From assembly GCA_905181625.1 (NCBI GenBank), contig CAJIYJ010000001.1:30889-94888 (forward strand): a DNA stretch of 64,000 nt. The letters are read 5' to 3'. The position numbers and the translations under genes were made by a program. The notes under the pieces are model-generated. The model worked only from the letters and a program-made list of their open reading frames with translations. It made no database searches and was not told the DNA's origin. This stretch comes from an uncultured Flavobacteriaceae bacterium. GTDB lineage: Bacteria > Bacteroidota > Bacteroidia > Flavobacteriales > Flavobacteriaceae. This document shows positions 1 through 8,693 of the stretch, in pieces. The stretch's first letter is position 1. The number at the start of each line of letters is the position of its first letter.

Positions 1-184
1 TTTCCTTAGAAAAATCAGATTCTGCTTGATGATATTTAATCGTATTTTCTACAGACTCAAGTTTCTTAAATCCATATTCTCTTTCCATTTCATATTTTGC
101 AATAATTACATTTAACTTATCGGGATCAGATTGTCCAAAAGACATTAATGGAATAAACAGTAATAATAAAGTTAATTTTTTCAT
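1..184 (-). CDS. Exported protein, N-terminal 61 codons only; the gene runs off the left edge of the window
   Basis: A minus-strand ATG at 182..184 opens MKKLTLLLLFIPLMSFGQSDPDKLNVIIAKYEMEREYGFKK..., a typical signal peptide. The frame stays open to position 1. It is absent from the ORF track because it is truncated. Confidence 0.4.
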   Translation of the reverse strand, partial: MKKLTLLLLFIPLMSFGQSDPDKLNVIIAKYEMEREYGFKKLESVENTIKYHQAESDFSKE

Positions 185-262
185 TATCTTAAATTTAACT
201 TAATTCTTAGTGCAAACAAAATTCCAAAAAACCTCAGTAGTGATTTTTAATAAACACTACCC
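134..262. repeat. Copy 1 of a ~125-nt direct repeat (leader plus signal-peptide start of the gene at 1..184)
   Basis: It aligns by eye with 3501..3622 at roughly three-quarters identity. This includes an exact 20-mer, atcttaaatttaacttaatt, at 186..205 and 3547..3566. In both copies a minus-strand ATG lies directly beside the 20-mer. Confidence 0.55.
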
Positions 263-264
263 TA

Positions 265-1614
265 TTAATCTATAGCCTTTATAGATGACTGTGTAATAAT
301 CCATATGTTTTTTTTTAGATCAATTATCCCTCCCATTTCTTCTGTCACTACCCTATCGGTCACTATTAATCCTTTTTTTGCCATATTCTCAAATGTATCG
401 ATACCGTCATTCGGAAAGTTTTGTCTAGTTCTATGAATATTAAATCGATTTGAAAATTCTCTATCAAAAGTTTCTTCTATACCATCTTTTCCAATCATAA
501 AACCAATTAAACCTCCCCAGGTTGCTGTTGGATTGTCTGAATCCCATCCTGCTAATGTTCCGATTTTTATGGTTTCTTTTAAGTCACCTTCTCCATAAAA
601 AAGGCTTACCAAACTTGCGGCAAAATTTATACCTGCTGCAAAGCAGCCATTACAATATAGTTTTTTAGAAGTAATATCATATCCATCTTCTTGATTAACC
701 TGATACCTGTAGTAAATTGAATCTCTGGCTTGTTCCCAAGGGATACCCGACTTGTACAGTTTCCGTGTGTAGTCAAACATATGAGCCGAATAAGAACTAT
801 CTGGAAGCACCTCTCTTGCCTTATCTGACATCCAAGATATTCTCTCATTCATAGTTTTTATGGTGTCTGTTATAGAAGCTAAAGAATACATTGTTACATA
901 AAACTTTGAAATATCTTCGGCTTCTTCCCTTGCTGTGGTTTGAATAGGTAAATGAGCGATTTTTAATGCTAAATCTGGTCTTGTGGGTGCGAATAATCCA
1001 AATATCTCAGTGGTTAATTGCGCATCAATCATTTCAAAATGTTCGTTCAAATTTGGGTTGCCTGTTTCAGGTGGAAGGACACCATCTTTCATTAAGTCAT
1101 ATGCTTTTTGATTAGATACCCATAAATAATTTTCCTCTTCAGGTTTTATATGTTTTAACCAACCATCACGTATCTGTTTAGGAGACAAAATGTTAGATTC
1201 ATTTGTGTAAAGAAGATATTGATACATATATTCTATATCAGTATCATCATCTGACCCCCAAATTTCATCGTAGTCTTTAAACACAAAATCTATGGTGGAG
1301 GATAAGTCACTGGGAACACCTTCTTCCCATATATTGGGTTGATCAGGTTTTCCCCAGTCATCTCTGGTGTAAAAATCTCCAGTTTTAATTTCTCCGATGT
1401 TACCAATTTTATCCATCTCAGTAACCAGACCTGTCCAATTAGCAATACATTGTCCTAACCAAAACCCGTATAATTGATCATAATATTTGTCTCTTGAAAT
1501 ACTTATAGTTGGCTCTTCTTTTTTAATTGAGTTGATTTTATTTTCATCCTGCTTCTGATTATCTGTATTGCAAGAGAAAAAAATAATTAAAAAAAATGTT
1601 ATTAATTTTTTCAT
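265..1614 (-). CDS. ADP-ribosylglycohydrolase (ARH/DraG) family protein with a lipoprotein signal peptide
   Basis: 449-aa ORF. The N-terminus MKKLITFFLIIFFSCNTDN has a lipobox Cys. The C-terminal motif GWDSDNPTATWGGLIGFMIG matches the ARH GGDTD..A...G..G signature. The N-terminal GFWLGQCIANWTGLVTE occupies the place of the G..GDALG motif. Confidence 0.6.
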   Translation of the reverse strand: MKKLITFFLIIFFSCNTDNQKQDENKINSIKKEEPTISISRDKYYDQLYGFWLGQCIANWTGLVTEMDKIGNIGEIKTGDFYTRDDWGKPDQPNIWEEGVPSDLSSTIDFVFKDYDEIWGSDDDTDIEYMYQYLLYTNESNILSPKQIRDGWLKHIKPEEENYLWVSNQKAYDLMKDGVLPPETGNPNLNEHFEMIDAQLTTEIFGLFAPTRPDLALKIAHLPIQTTAREEAEDISKFYVTMYSLASITDTIKTMNERISWMSDKAREVLPDSSYSAHMFDYTRKLYKSGIPWEQARDSIYYRYQVNQEDGYDITSKKLYCNGCFAAGINFAASLVSLFYGEGDLKETIKIGTLAGWDSDNPTATWGGLIGFMIGKDGIEETFDREFSNRFNIHRTRQNFPNDGIDTFENMAKKGLIVTDRVVTEEMGGIIDLKKNIWIITQSSIKAID

Positions 1615-1768
1615 ACAACAAACATACTATATTGCTTTTGCCAGCACATAAATTACTTTGATATTTATTTTTAAATTTTTTATTAATTAAGACTTAAAAA
1701 ATATTAATATGTTAAAATATCTAATAAATTTTTATATCGATAGGAAGACGTGCACAAGCGAGAATTTT

Positions 1769-2968
1769 CTAGATGTTTTTTGAGTTTAATTTTATAGATT
1801 TCAACTGATTAATTCCCTCTAAAGAAATAGTCCAAACAATAAAAATTTCATTATTTATTATTTCTAACTGAGGAACTCCTGTATTTCTTCCTCCATCAAT
1901 TTTAGATACCGTAATTGGCTTAGAAATTTCTCCATTAACTGAAACCTTTTTTATTCTCAAATACGTTCCAATATCATCAACTTCCATGTAACTAACTATT
2001 ACTTCCTCATTATTTAAAAATGCAACGTCTACTCTTCCTATAGCATCAAGGTCATTGAGTTTGAATGGAGTACCAAAAGAATCACCATTGGTTTTTGAAA
2101 ATGAAACGTTCACTATGGGGTTATCATTAACTACTGTAAACCACGCAATAGCAAGGTTTGTTGAGTTCACAGCAACTTTGGGACCATTTACAGGACATCC
2201 ATTTATTATCCACCCATCATTATGTAACGGATTAGGTTCTTCCCAAACTCCATTTATATTTCTGATAGTATAAATATCTCGTACTTCATTCTCACTTCTA
2301 TCCCTATAAACAACTATAGGTCCATTATTAGTCATCGCTATTGACGTCTGACAGCAATCACAAGCCGCTTCGTCGAGTTCGCTTTCATTTATAACCTCTC
2401 CTGTATTAGTGATTTCTGCAAAACGAATTGTCATTGGTTTATGATGTCCATCTAGTTTCTTTTCTACAGTATTTCTTCCATCTAACCATGTAATAAAAAA
2501 CCCTTTGTTATTATTAGGAATGATACTTACAAAACCATGTTCTGCTTTAACACCATCAGTATTCAATAAAAAATCTTTCTTTATTTTTTCTCCTGATAAT
2601 TTCTGTAAATTTAAAATAACATCGTAAGTATATGTTCCAGAATCCGATTTCTTTAAATAGCTTGTAATTATTAAATCCTCGTTAATTGCATGAGCGGGGA
2701 AATCAGCCCAATTAACAAACCAGTCAGAACCATTAGCAATTTTTTGTGGTTTAATCCATTTCCCTTTTTTAAACTGACTAAAATGTAAGGAAGCTTTATT
2801 TTTATTTTTAGAAGAAATCCATGATAATGATAAAGCACCATTGGAAGAAACTAAATTAGGTTGTGCATTATTATCTCCATATAAAAAAGGAATATCCTCT
2901 ATAAAGACCTCTTTTGTTGTACAAGAAATTATAGTTAGTAAAGTGAAAATGATAATGAATTTTTTCAA
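1769..2968 (-). CDS. Sialidase/BNR-like beta-propeller-type lipoprotein with Cys motifs; function unknown
   Basis: 399-aa ORF with a TTG start at 2966..2968. Signal plus lipobox: MKKFIIIFTLLTIISC. It shows repeated strand/turn patterns (WADFP, ITWLDGRN, VVYRDRS, IAWFT). Cys motifs are AACDCCQTS and INGCPVNGP. Fold assignment is by resemblance only. Confidence 0.45.
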   Translation of the reverse strand: MKKFIIIFTLLTIISCTTKEVFIEDIPFLYGDNNAQPNLVSSNGALSLSWISSKNKNKASLHFSQFKKGKWIKPQKIANGSDWFVNWADFPAHAINEDLIITSYLKKSDSGTYTYDVILNLQKLSGEKIKKDFLLNTDGVKAEHGFVSIIPNNNKGFFITWLDGRNTVEKKLDGHHKPMTIRFAEITNTGEVINESELDEAACDCCQTSIAMTNNGPIVVYRDRSENEVRDIYTIRNINGVWEEPNPLHNDGWIINGCPVNGPKVAVNSTNLAIAWFTVVNDNPIVNVSFSKTNGDSFGTPFKLNDLDAIGRVDVAFLNNEEVIVSYMEVDDIGTYLRIKKVSVNGEISKPITVSKIDGGRNTGVPQLEIINNEIFIVWTISLEGINQLKSIKLNSKNI

Positions 2969-2969
2969 A

Positions 2970-3458
2970 CTACAATGTTTTTAATTTTTTTATCATTTGC
3001 TCTGAATCCCAAACAATTGTCCCTACAATAGTTTCAATTTTTATTCCTTTTTCATTAAAAATATATGCTGTTGGTAAAGAATAGATTCCAAGACTTTCAT
3101 TTGATCCAACAGATTTTAAAAAATTAAAATTATATTTTTTATCATTTTTAAACTTAGATATTTTTGAAATTCTTTCATCAGAAACTAACAAAAAAGTGTA
3201 ATTATGATTTTTTAAAATTTCTTGAGCTCTTGTAAGTCCTGGCATTTCCATTATACATGGTTTACACCACGTAGCCCAATAATTAATGATGATTTTCTTT
3301 CCCTTATAGGATGTTAAATCTACTTTTTGGTTTTTTAAATCCACAAAAGAAGTTTTAAGCTGCATGGATTCTATATCAGACAACTTTTCATTTTGAGGAA
3401 TACCTGAATTACATCCGAAAAACAAAATCAAACAACTTATATAAATAAAATTTCTCAT
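2970..3458 (-). CDS. TlpA/ResA-like periplasmic thiol-disulfide oxidoreductase (thioredoxin fold)
   Basis: 162-aa ORF with a signal peptide and Cys (LILFFGC). It has the WATWCKPC CxxC active-site motif typical of the TlpA/AhpC-TSA family. Its stop is 1 nt from the start of the next gene. Confidence 0.8.
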   Translation of the reverse strand: MRNFIYISCLILFFGCNSGIPQNEKLSDIESMQLKTSFVDLKNQKVDLTSYKGKKIIINYWATWCKPCIMEMPGLTRAQEILKNHNYTFLLVSDERISKISKFKNDKKYNFNFLKSVGSNESLGIYSLPTAYIFNEKGIKIETIVGTIVWDSEQMIKKLKTL

Positions 3459-3464
3459 TTTTAA

Positions 3465-3545
3465 TTATATTTTATTGAAAAAAGATAAGTTTTGTTTCTG
3501 CCTAAAAGAAACAAGTGGAATAAATAGTAGAATTAGTCTTTTCAT
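3465..3545 (-). pseudogene. 26-codon stub of a signal-peptide gene (MKRLILLFIPLVSFRQKQNLSFFNKI*), paralogous to the 5' end of the gene at 1..184
   Basis: The ATG at 3543..3545 sits in the same context as the ATG at 182..184. The signal-peptide codons align, then the sequences diverge and the stub stops at 3465..3467, only 6 nt upstream of the TlpA-like ATG. Confidence 0.4.
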
Positions 3546-3622
3546 CATCTTAAATTTAACTTAATTATTAATGCAATCAAAACTCAAGAAATATCAATAA
3601 TAATTTTTATTAAACGCTCACA
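3501..3622. repeat. Copy 2 of the ~125-nt direct repeat
   Basis: See copy 1 (134..262). Both copies have the same orientation and flank the 265..3458 three-gene block. Confidence 0.55.
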
Positions 3623-3734
3623 GATATAAACAAAATCAATATTATATAAGACTTTATAGATGATTTATAACTTTTCCAGTATAAAATAATTTTAGTAAAT
3701 TTAATTTCTTAATAATCAACTTGTTATAAATCTT

Positions 3735-6248
3735 ATGAAACACTTTTTACTTATAATCTTAACTATTGGCTTTGGTAACTTTAACTTTAGTCAAGAATCC
3801 GAAAGTAAAACCACGCCTTTACCTAATTACAGGCTAGCGGCTAAATATTCCCCTAAACAGTTATCTAAATTAGTTCATTCGACATCTGTAAAACCACATT
3901 GGCTAAAAAACGGAAATCGTTTTTGGTATCAATATAAGACCACTGAGGATGCAAATTATTATTTAGTTGATGCAGACAAAAAGAGTAAAACACCTTTGTT
4001 TAACAATGAAAATATGGCTAAGTGGCTTACAGAAATAACAAAGGATCCCTATGACGCTAAGCACTTACCTAAATTAGATTTAAAGTTTGTTAATAATGAA
4101 ACTGCTATACGTTTTAGGATCACTTCTACAGAAAAAATTATTTCACAAGAAGATGTTAAAAAAACTAAGAATGACTCTACTGAAATTAAAGAAAAGAATA
4201 AAAAGCCCAAAATGGAAAAAAAGACTTACCATTTTGAATATAAAATTGGAGGAAATGGTCTTCAAATTGTAGATACTAAAAAGAAAATAAAAAAAGACTG
4301 GAAAAAGTGGGCTACTATCGCACCTGATAGTTCCATTGTCGTGTTCTCTAAATATCATAATTTATATTGGATGGATAAAAGCAATTTTTTGAAAGCTGTC
4401 AAAAATGAGAAAGACAGTACTATTGTTGAGAATCAATGGACTTCTGATGGAGTTAAAAATTATAGTTATGGTGGAGGTTCTAGAGGAGAAAATAATGAAT
4501 CTGAAATAAAAGACAAAGACAATAGAAAAAGTGCTAGAGTTATATGGTCTCATGATTCTAAGAAATTTGTATATCAAAGAACTGATACTAGAATGTTAAA
4601 AGACTTATGGGTAATTAACTCTGTTACTGAGAAACGTCCTACATTAGAAACCTATAAATATCATATGCCAGGTGAGCAAGAATATAAATCTTCTGAAATT
4701 TTAATTTTTGATGTTCCATCAAAAGAGATAACTAAAGTAGCATTAGATACTACCAAACAAGTTAATTTAAGTGTCTATAGATCTCCTAGAAAGTTATCCA
4801 ATGCAGATGATGAATTCCAACCATCTACACTTCTCTCTAAAAAAAATAAAATATACTTTAGTTCCATTAGTAGAGATCGTAAAAGATTAGATATTAATGT
4901 TGCTGATATCAATACAGGAAAAGTAAAAGAACTTATTAAAGAGCGCTTTAATACTTACATAGAACAAAGAAATTTAGTGTTGTTTAATAATGAGCAGGAA
5001 ATGATTCATTGGTCTGAACGAGATGGTTGGGCTCATTTTTACTTATATGATTCTTTTGGTAGGTTAAAAAATCAGATTTCATCTGGATCTTTCCATGCCA
5101 ATAGCTTTGTCAATATTGACGAAAATAAAAGAGTATTGTTTTTTACTGCAAATGGGGTTGAAAGTAGTACAGATCCTTATTACGAGCACCTATACAGTAT
5201 TAATCTAAACGGGACTGGATTACGAAACTTAAATAAAGGTGATTTCACAAGTTCAACAAGTATGGCAGATTCCAACAAATACTTTGTAAGTAATTTTTCA
5301 AGAGTTAACATGGCTCCAAAATCAGAATTAAGAACTAATACTGGAGCTTTGGTATTATCACTTGAAAAGGCAGACTTGTCGCAACTTATGTCTACTGGTT
5401 ATAAGTTTCCAGAACCTTTTAAAATGAAAGCAGATGATGGATTTACAGATATATATGGCGTGATTTATCGCCCATATGATTTTGATAAAAACAAAAAGTA
5501 TCCATTAATTGAATACGTATATCCAGGGCCTCAAACTGAAGCAGTTTCCAAGAGTTTTTCTTTAAGAATGAATAGAACGGATCGTTTAGCTCAGCTTGGA
5601 TTTATAGTAGTAACATTAGGTAATAGAGGCGGACATCCAGCTCGTTCTAAGTGGTATCATAATTATGGATATGGAAATCTTAGAGATTATGGTTTAGCAG
5701 ATAAAAAAAGAATAGCAGAACAATTGGCTGATAAATATGCATATATAAATTTAGATAAAGTAGGTATTTTTGGTCACTCTGGTGGTGGCTTTATGTCTAC
5801 TGCTGCAATGTTAGTTTATCCTGATTTTTTCAAAGTAGCAGTTTCATCTTCTGGTAATCATGACAATACCATGTATAATAGTTGGTGGAGTGAAACACAC
5901 CATGGGGTAATGGAAGAAATTGGAGAAGACGGGAATTTAAATTATAACTATCAAATTGATGTAAACCAAAGTTTAGCTAGTAAACTTAAAGGAAATTTGA
6001 TGCTATCAACTGGAGATGTTGACAATAACGTACATCCAGGCGCAACAATAAGGATGGCACATGCTCTTATTAAAGCAAATAAACGTTTTGAATTTCTACT
6101 TTTACCTTCTCAAAGGCATGGTTACGGAGAAATGACTGAATATTTCTTTTGGAAAAAAGCAGATTATTTTAGTAAGCACTTATTAGGTAAAGAAAATACA
6201 GATGTAGATATTTTAGAAATGAATAGAGACATGCCTAATAAAAAATAA
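3735..6248 (+). CDS. Dipeptidyl-peptidase IV / prolyl oligopeptidase family S9 serine peptidase, exported
   Basis: 837-aa ORF with a signal peptide. The long N-terminal region is propeller-like. The C-terminal catalytic triad context is GIFGHSGGGF (GxSxGG), TGDVDNNVHP (Asp) and QRHGYG (His). Confidence 0.8.
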   Translation: MKHFLLIILTIGFGNFNFSQESESKTTPLPNYRLAAKYSPKQLSKLVHSTSVKPHWLKNGNRFWYQYKTTEDANYYLVDADKKSKTPLFNNENMAKWLTEITKDPYDAKHLPKLDLKFVNNETAIRFRITSTEKIISQEDVKKTKNDSTEIKEKNKKPKMEKKTYHFEYKIGGNGLQIVDTKKKIKKDWKKWATIAPDSSIVVFSKYHNLYWMDKSNFLKAVKNEKDSTIVENQWTSDGVKNYSYGGGSRGENNESEIKDKDNRKSARVIWSHDSKKFVYQRTDTRMLKDLWVINSVTEKRPTLETYKYHMPGEQEYKSSEILIFDVPSKEITKVALDTTKQVNLSVYRSPRKLSNADDEFQPSTLLSKKNKIYFSSISRDRKRLDINVADINTGKVKELIKERFNTYIEQRNLVLFNNEQEMIHWSERDGWAHFYLYDSFGRLKNQISSGSFHANSFVNIDENKRVLFFTANGVESSTDPYYEHLYSINLNGTGLRNLNKGDFTSSTSMADSNKYFVSNFSRVNMAPKSELRTNTGALVLSLEKADLSQLMSTGYKFPEPFKMKADDGFTDIYGVIYRPYDFDKNKKYPLIEYVYPGPQTEAVSKSFSLRMNRTDRLAQLGFIVVTLGNRGGHPARSKWYHNYGYGNLRDYGLADKKRIAEQLADKYAYINLDKVGIFGHSGGGFMSTAAMLVYPDFFKVAVSSSGNHDNTMYNSWWSETHHGVMEEIGEDGNLNYNYQIDVNQSLASKLKGNLMLSTGDVDNNVHPGATIRMAHALIKANKRFEFLLLPSQRHGYGEMTEYFFWKKADYFSKHLLGKENTDVDILEMNRDMPNKK

Positions 6249-6370
6249 ACGACATAAAATAAGAGCGAGTGAAGTCTCAATAGTAATTATTAATAGGTGC
6301 TCCTCTGCTTATATAAGATTGATTTTCTATTAACGGGAGATGTTATTGTATATATATAATAGTATGGTTC

Positions 6371-7367
6371 TTATATTCCCTTATTGTAATAATCTATTAT
6401 TCTTATTCTAGTTAAATACTGGTGAGAAGTTATATACAGATATTCAAATTTATCGTCAAAAGCACAATTCGCACTTCTAACTTTAGTTCGAATTGTACCA
6501 ATATGATTACCTTCATTATTAATCAACAAAACTCCTCCAGGACCTGTCGCAAAAACAGTTCCTGATGGATGTACTTTTAAACCATCAAATGCCCCTATAT
6601 CTTTTTTTGATAAAATAGAACCATCAAAAAATAATTCAGGATTTTTCACTCCATCATCTATGATTTGATATTTCATAATTACAGGGTTTTTGGAATCAGA
6701 ATTAGCAACATATAAAGTTTTTTCATCTCTAGAAATAGCTATACCATTAGGTCGTGATAAGTTTTTAATTAAAACTTTTAATTTACCATCGGGACTAAGT
6801 CTAAAAACTCCGTTGAACTGCAATTCTTTTAGTTCATCATTATCTCCATTTTGTAGTCCATATGGTGGATCAGTAAAAAACAACTCTTTTTTGCTGTTAT
6901 ATACTAAGTCATTAGGGCTATTAAACAGCTTATTTTTAAATGATGTTAGCTAATGGCAAAACTTCATTGCTATTCCAGTCTTTAAGTTTGACTATTCTCC
7001 TATCACCATGCATACAAATTATTAAGTTTCCTTGTTGATCAATTGTTAAACCATTTGTGCCATCTTTTTTTGAATTAGGAACAATTTCTGAGTGTCCAAT
7101 TTTATCTAAAAAAATGTCCAAACCATTTTTTTCATCCCATTTATATATAATATTATTAGGGACATCAGAAAAAAGAACAGCGTTTAATTTATTAGACCAC
7201 ACAGGACCTTCTGACCAAGTAAACCCTTTTGCAATAATTTCAATTTTTGAATCTTTAGAAATAAAATCATCCATTTCACTTGATAATCTTTCAACAGAAC
7301 CAATAAAATCATTTTGACCAAAAGCAACAAATGGAATAAAAAGTAATAGCAGGATTAGTTTTTTCAT
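6371..7367 (-). pseudogene. SMP-30/gluconolactonase/LRE-like lipoprotein gene split by a single frameshift
   Basis: ORF 6936..7367 carries the signal peptide and the N-terminal half (SEGPVW..., TNGLTIDQQGNLII). ORF 6371..6883 carries the C-terminal half. The C-terminal frame is open back to 6949 and reads LTSFKNKLFNSPNDLVYNSKKELFFTDPPYG, the conserved NSPNDL...FTDP motif. The N frame stops at 6936..6938 and the C frame has a stop at 6950..6952, so the shift lies within 6939..6949. Confidence 0.7.
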
Positions 7368-7478
7368 ATATTAAATATACTAATTGTCTGTAAAAATATT
7401 AATCAGTAAAACGAATTAAATCATTAAAAGTCTCTTAAAAAAAATATTTATTATAATAATAATTTTATAAATTAGAAA

Positions 7479-8693
7479 ATGATGACACTAGATGAAAAAT
7501 TTAAAGCTCTTGAAGCAAAAAATGCTCCTGGTCAGGAAATTAGACAAAACCTAGGAGATCTTAATGCCGTTATGCGTGGTGATAAACTTGATGGAACTGC
7601 TGTTGATTTCTCGCATGGAGATGTAGATGCCTTTCCTCCAACACCAGGTTCTGATACTACTTGGAAAAATGGTTTCATTAAAGGGAGTAGTCAAGCTTAT
7701 ACAGAGTATCGAGGGTCGACCGAAATACGAAATAAACTTGCTGTTCGGCTTGGGAAGTTTACTGGCCGACCAATTGAAGCTAATACTGAACTTATTATTA
7801 CTCCTGGAACTCAAGGTGCATTATTTTTGGCACTTGGCGCTACAGTTACAGTTGGGACGAAAGTTGCTGTAATTGAACCTGACTATTTTGCCAACCGCAA
7901 ACTTGTTAAATTTTTTGGAGGTGAAGTCGTGCCAATTCCTTTAAACTACAAGAATTCTCAATTTGGTAATAGTCCAGATCTTAATCTAATTGAAGACGCA
8001 TTTAAAAATAAAACAAAGGTTTTAGTATTTTCAACACCCAATAATCCAACGGGTCTTGTATATTCAGAAAACACTATTACTAAAATAGCAGATCTAGCAG
8101 CTATATATGGTGTTACAGTAATCGTAGATCAACTGTATTCTAGAATGCTATATAGCGGAGAGGTATATACTCACCTTCGTTCTTGTGATGTTCAACCTAA
8201 AAACCTTATTACTATCATGGGACCATCAAAAACTGAATCTCTTAGTGGATTTCGCCTTGGAGTTGCATTTGGCACACCAAAGTTGATTGAAAGAATGGAA
8301 TCCCTTCAAGCCATCGTTTCTCTAAGGGCTGCAGGTTACAATCAAGCAGCTCTAGATACTTGGTTTCAAGAACCTATAGACTGGTTGGAAAATCGTGTTC
8401 AAGAACATGAATTAATAAGAGATGAATTGCTAGAAACTTTCAGGGCTGCTAATTTTTTTACTGCAAGTCCACAGGCTGGCAGCTATCTTTTCCCACAACT
8501 CCCTTCACTTAGTGTAGACTTATATACCTTTGTAAAGTTACTGCGTTATCAAGCAAATGTGATAGTTACACCAGGATCAGAGTTTGACCCTTCCTGTAAC
8601 GATAGTATCCGACTAAACTTTTCTCAGAATCATTCCATGGCCGTTTCGGCTGCAAAGCGAATCGTGAAAATGGTCGAAATTTATAGAATATGA
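7479..8693 (+). CDS. Class I/II pyridoxal-phosphate-dependent aminotransferase
   Basis: 404-aa ORF. NPTG motif (STPNNPTGLVYS). PLP-lysine context (GPSKTESLSGFRLG). C-terminal IRLNF-type ending. Confidence 0.8.
   Translation: MMTLDEKFKALEAKNAPGQEIRQNLGDLNAVMRGDKLDGTAVDFSHGDVDAFPPTPGSDTTWKNGFIKGSSQAYTEYRGSTEIRNKLAVRLGKFTGRPIEANTELIITPGTQGALFLALGATVTVGTKVAVIEPDYFANRKLVKFFGGEVVPIPLNYKNSQFGNSPDLNLIEDAFKNKTKVLVFSTPNNPTGLVYSENTITKIADLAAIYGVTVIVDQLYSRMLYSGEVYTHLRSCDVQPKNLITIMGPSKTESLSGFRLGVAFGTPKLIERMESLQAIVSLRAAGYNQAALDTWFQEPIDWLENRVQEHELIRDELLETFRAANFFTASPQAGSYLFPQLPSLSVDLYTFVKLLRYQANVIVTPGSEFDPSCNDSIRLNFSQNHSMAVSAAKRIVKMVEIYRI

Noticed and set aside
4087-4577. Three 61-71-aa track ORFs (4087..4272 on the plus strand, 4143..4358 and 4362..4577 on the minus strand) lie inside the DPP-IV gene.
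   Set aside because: They lie within or antisense to a Lys-rich, very AT-rich part of a well-supported 837-aa ORF. Their translations are low-complexity (K/L/F/I runs) with no motifs.
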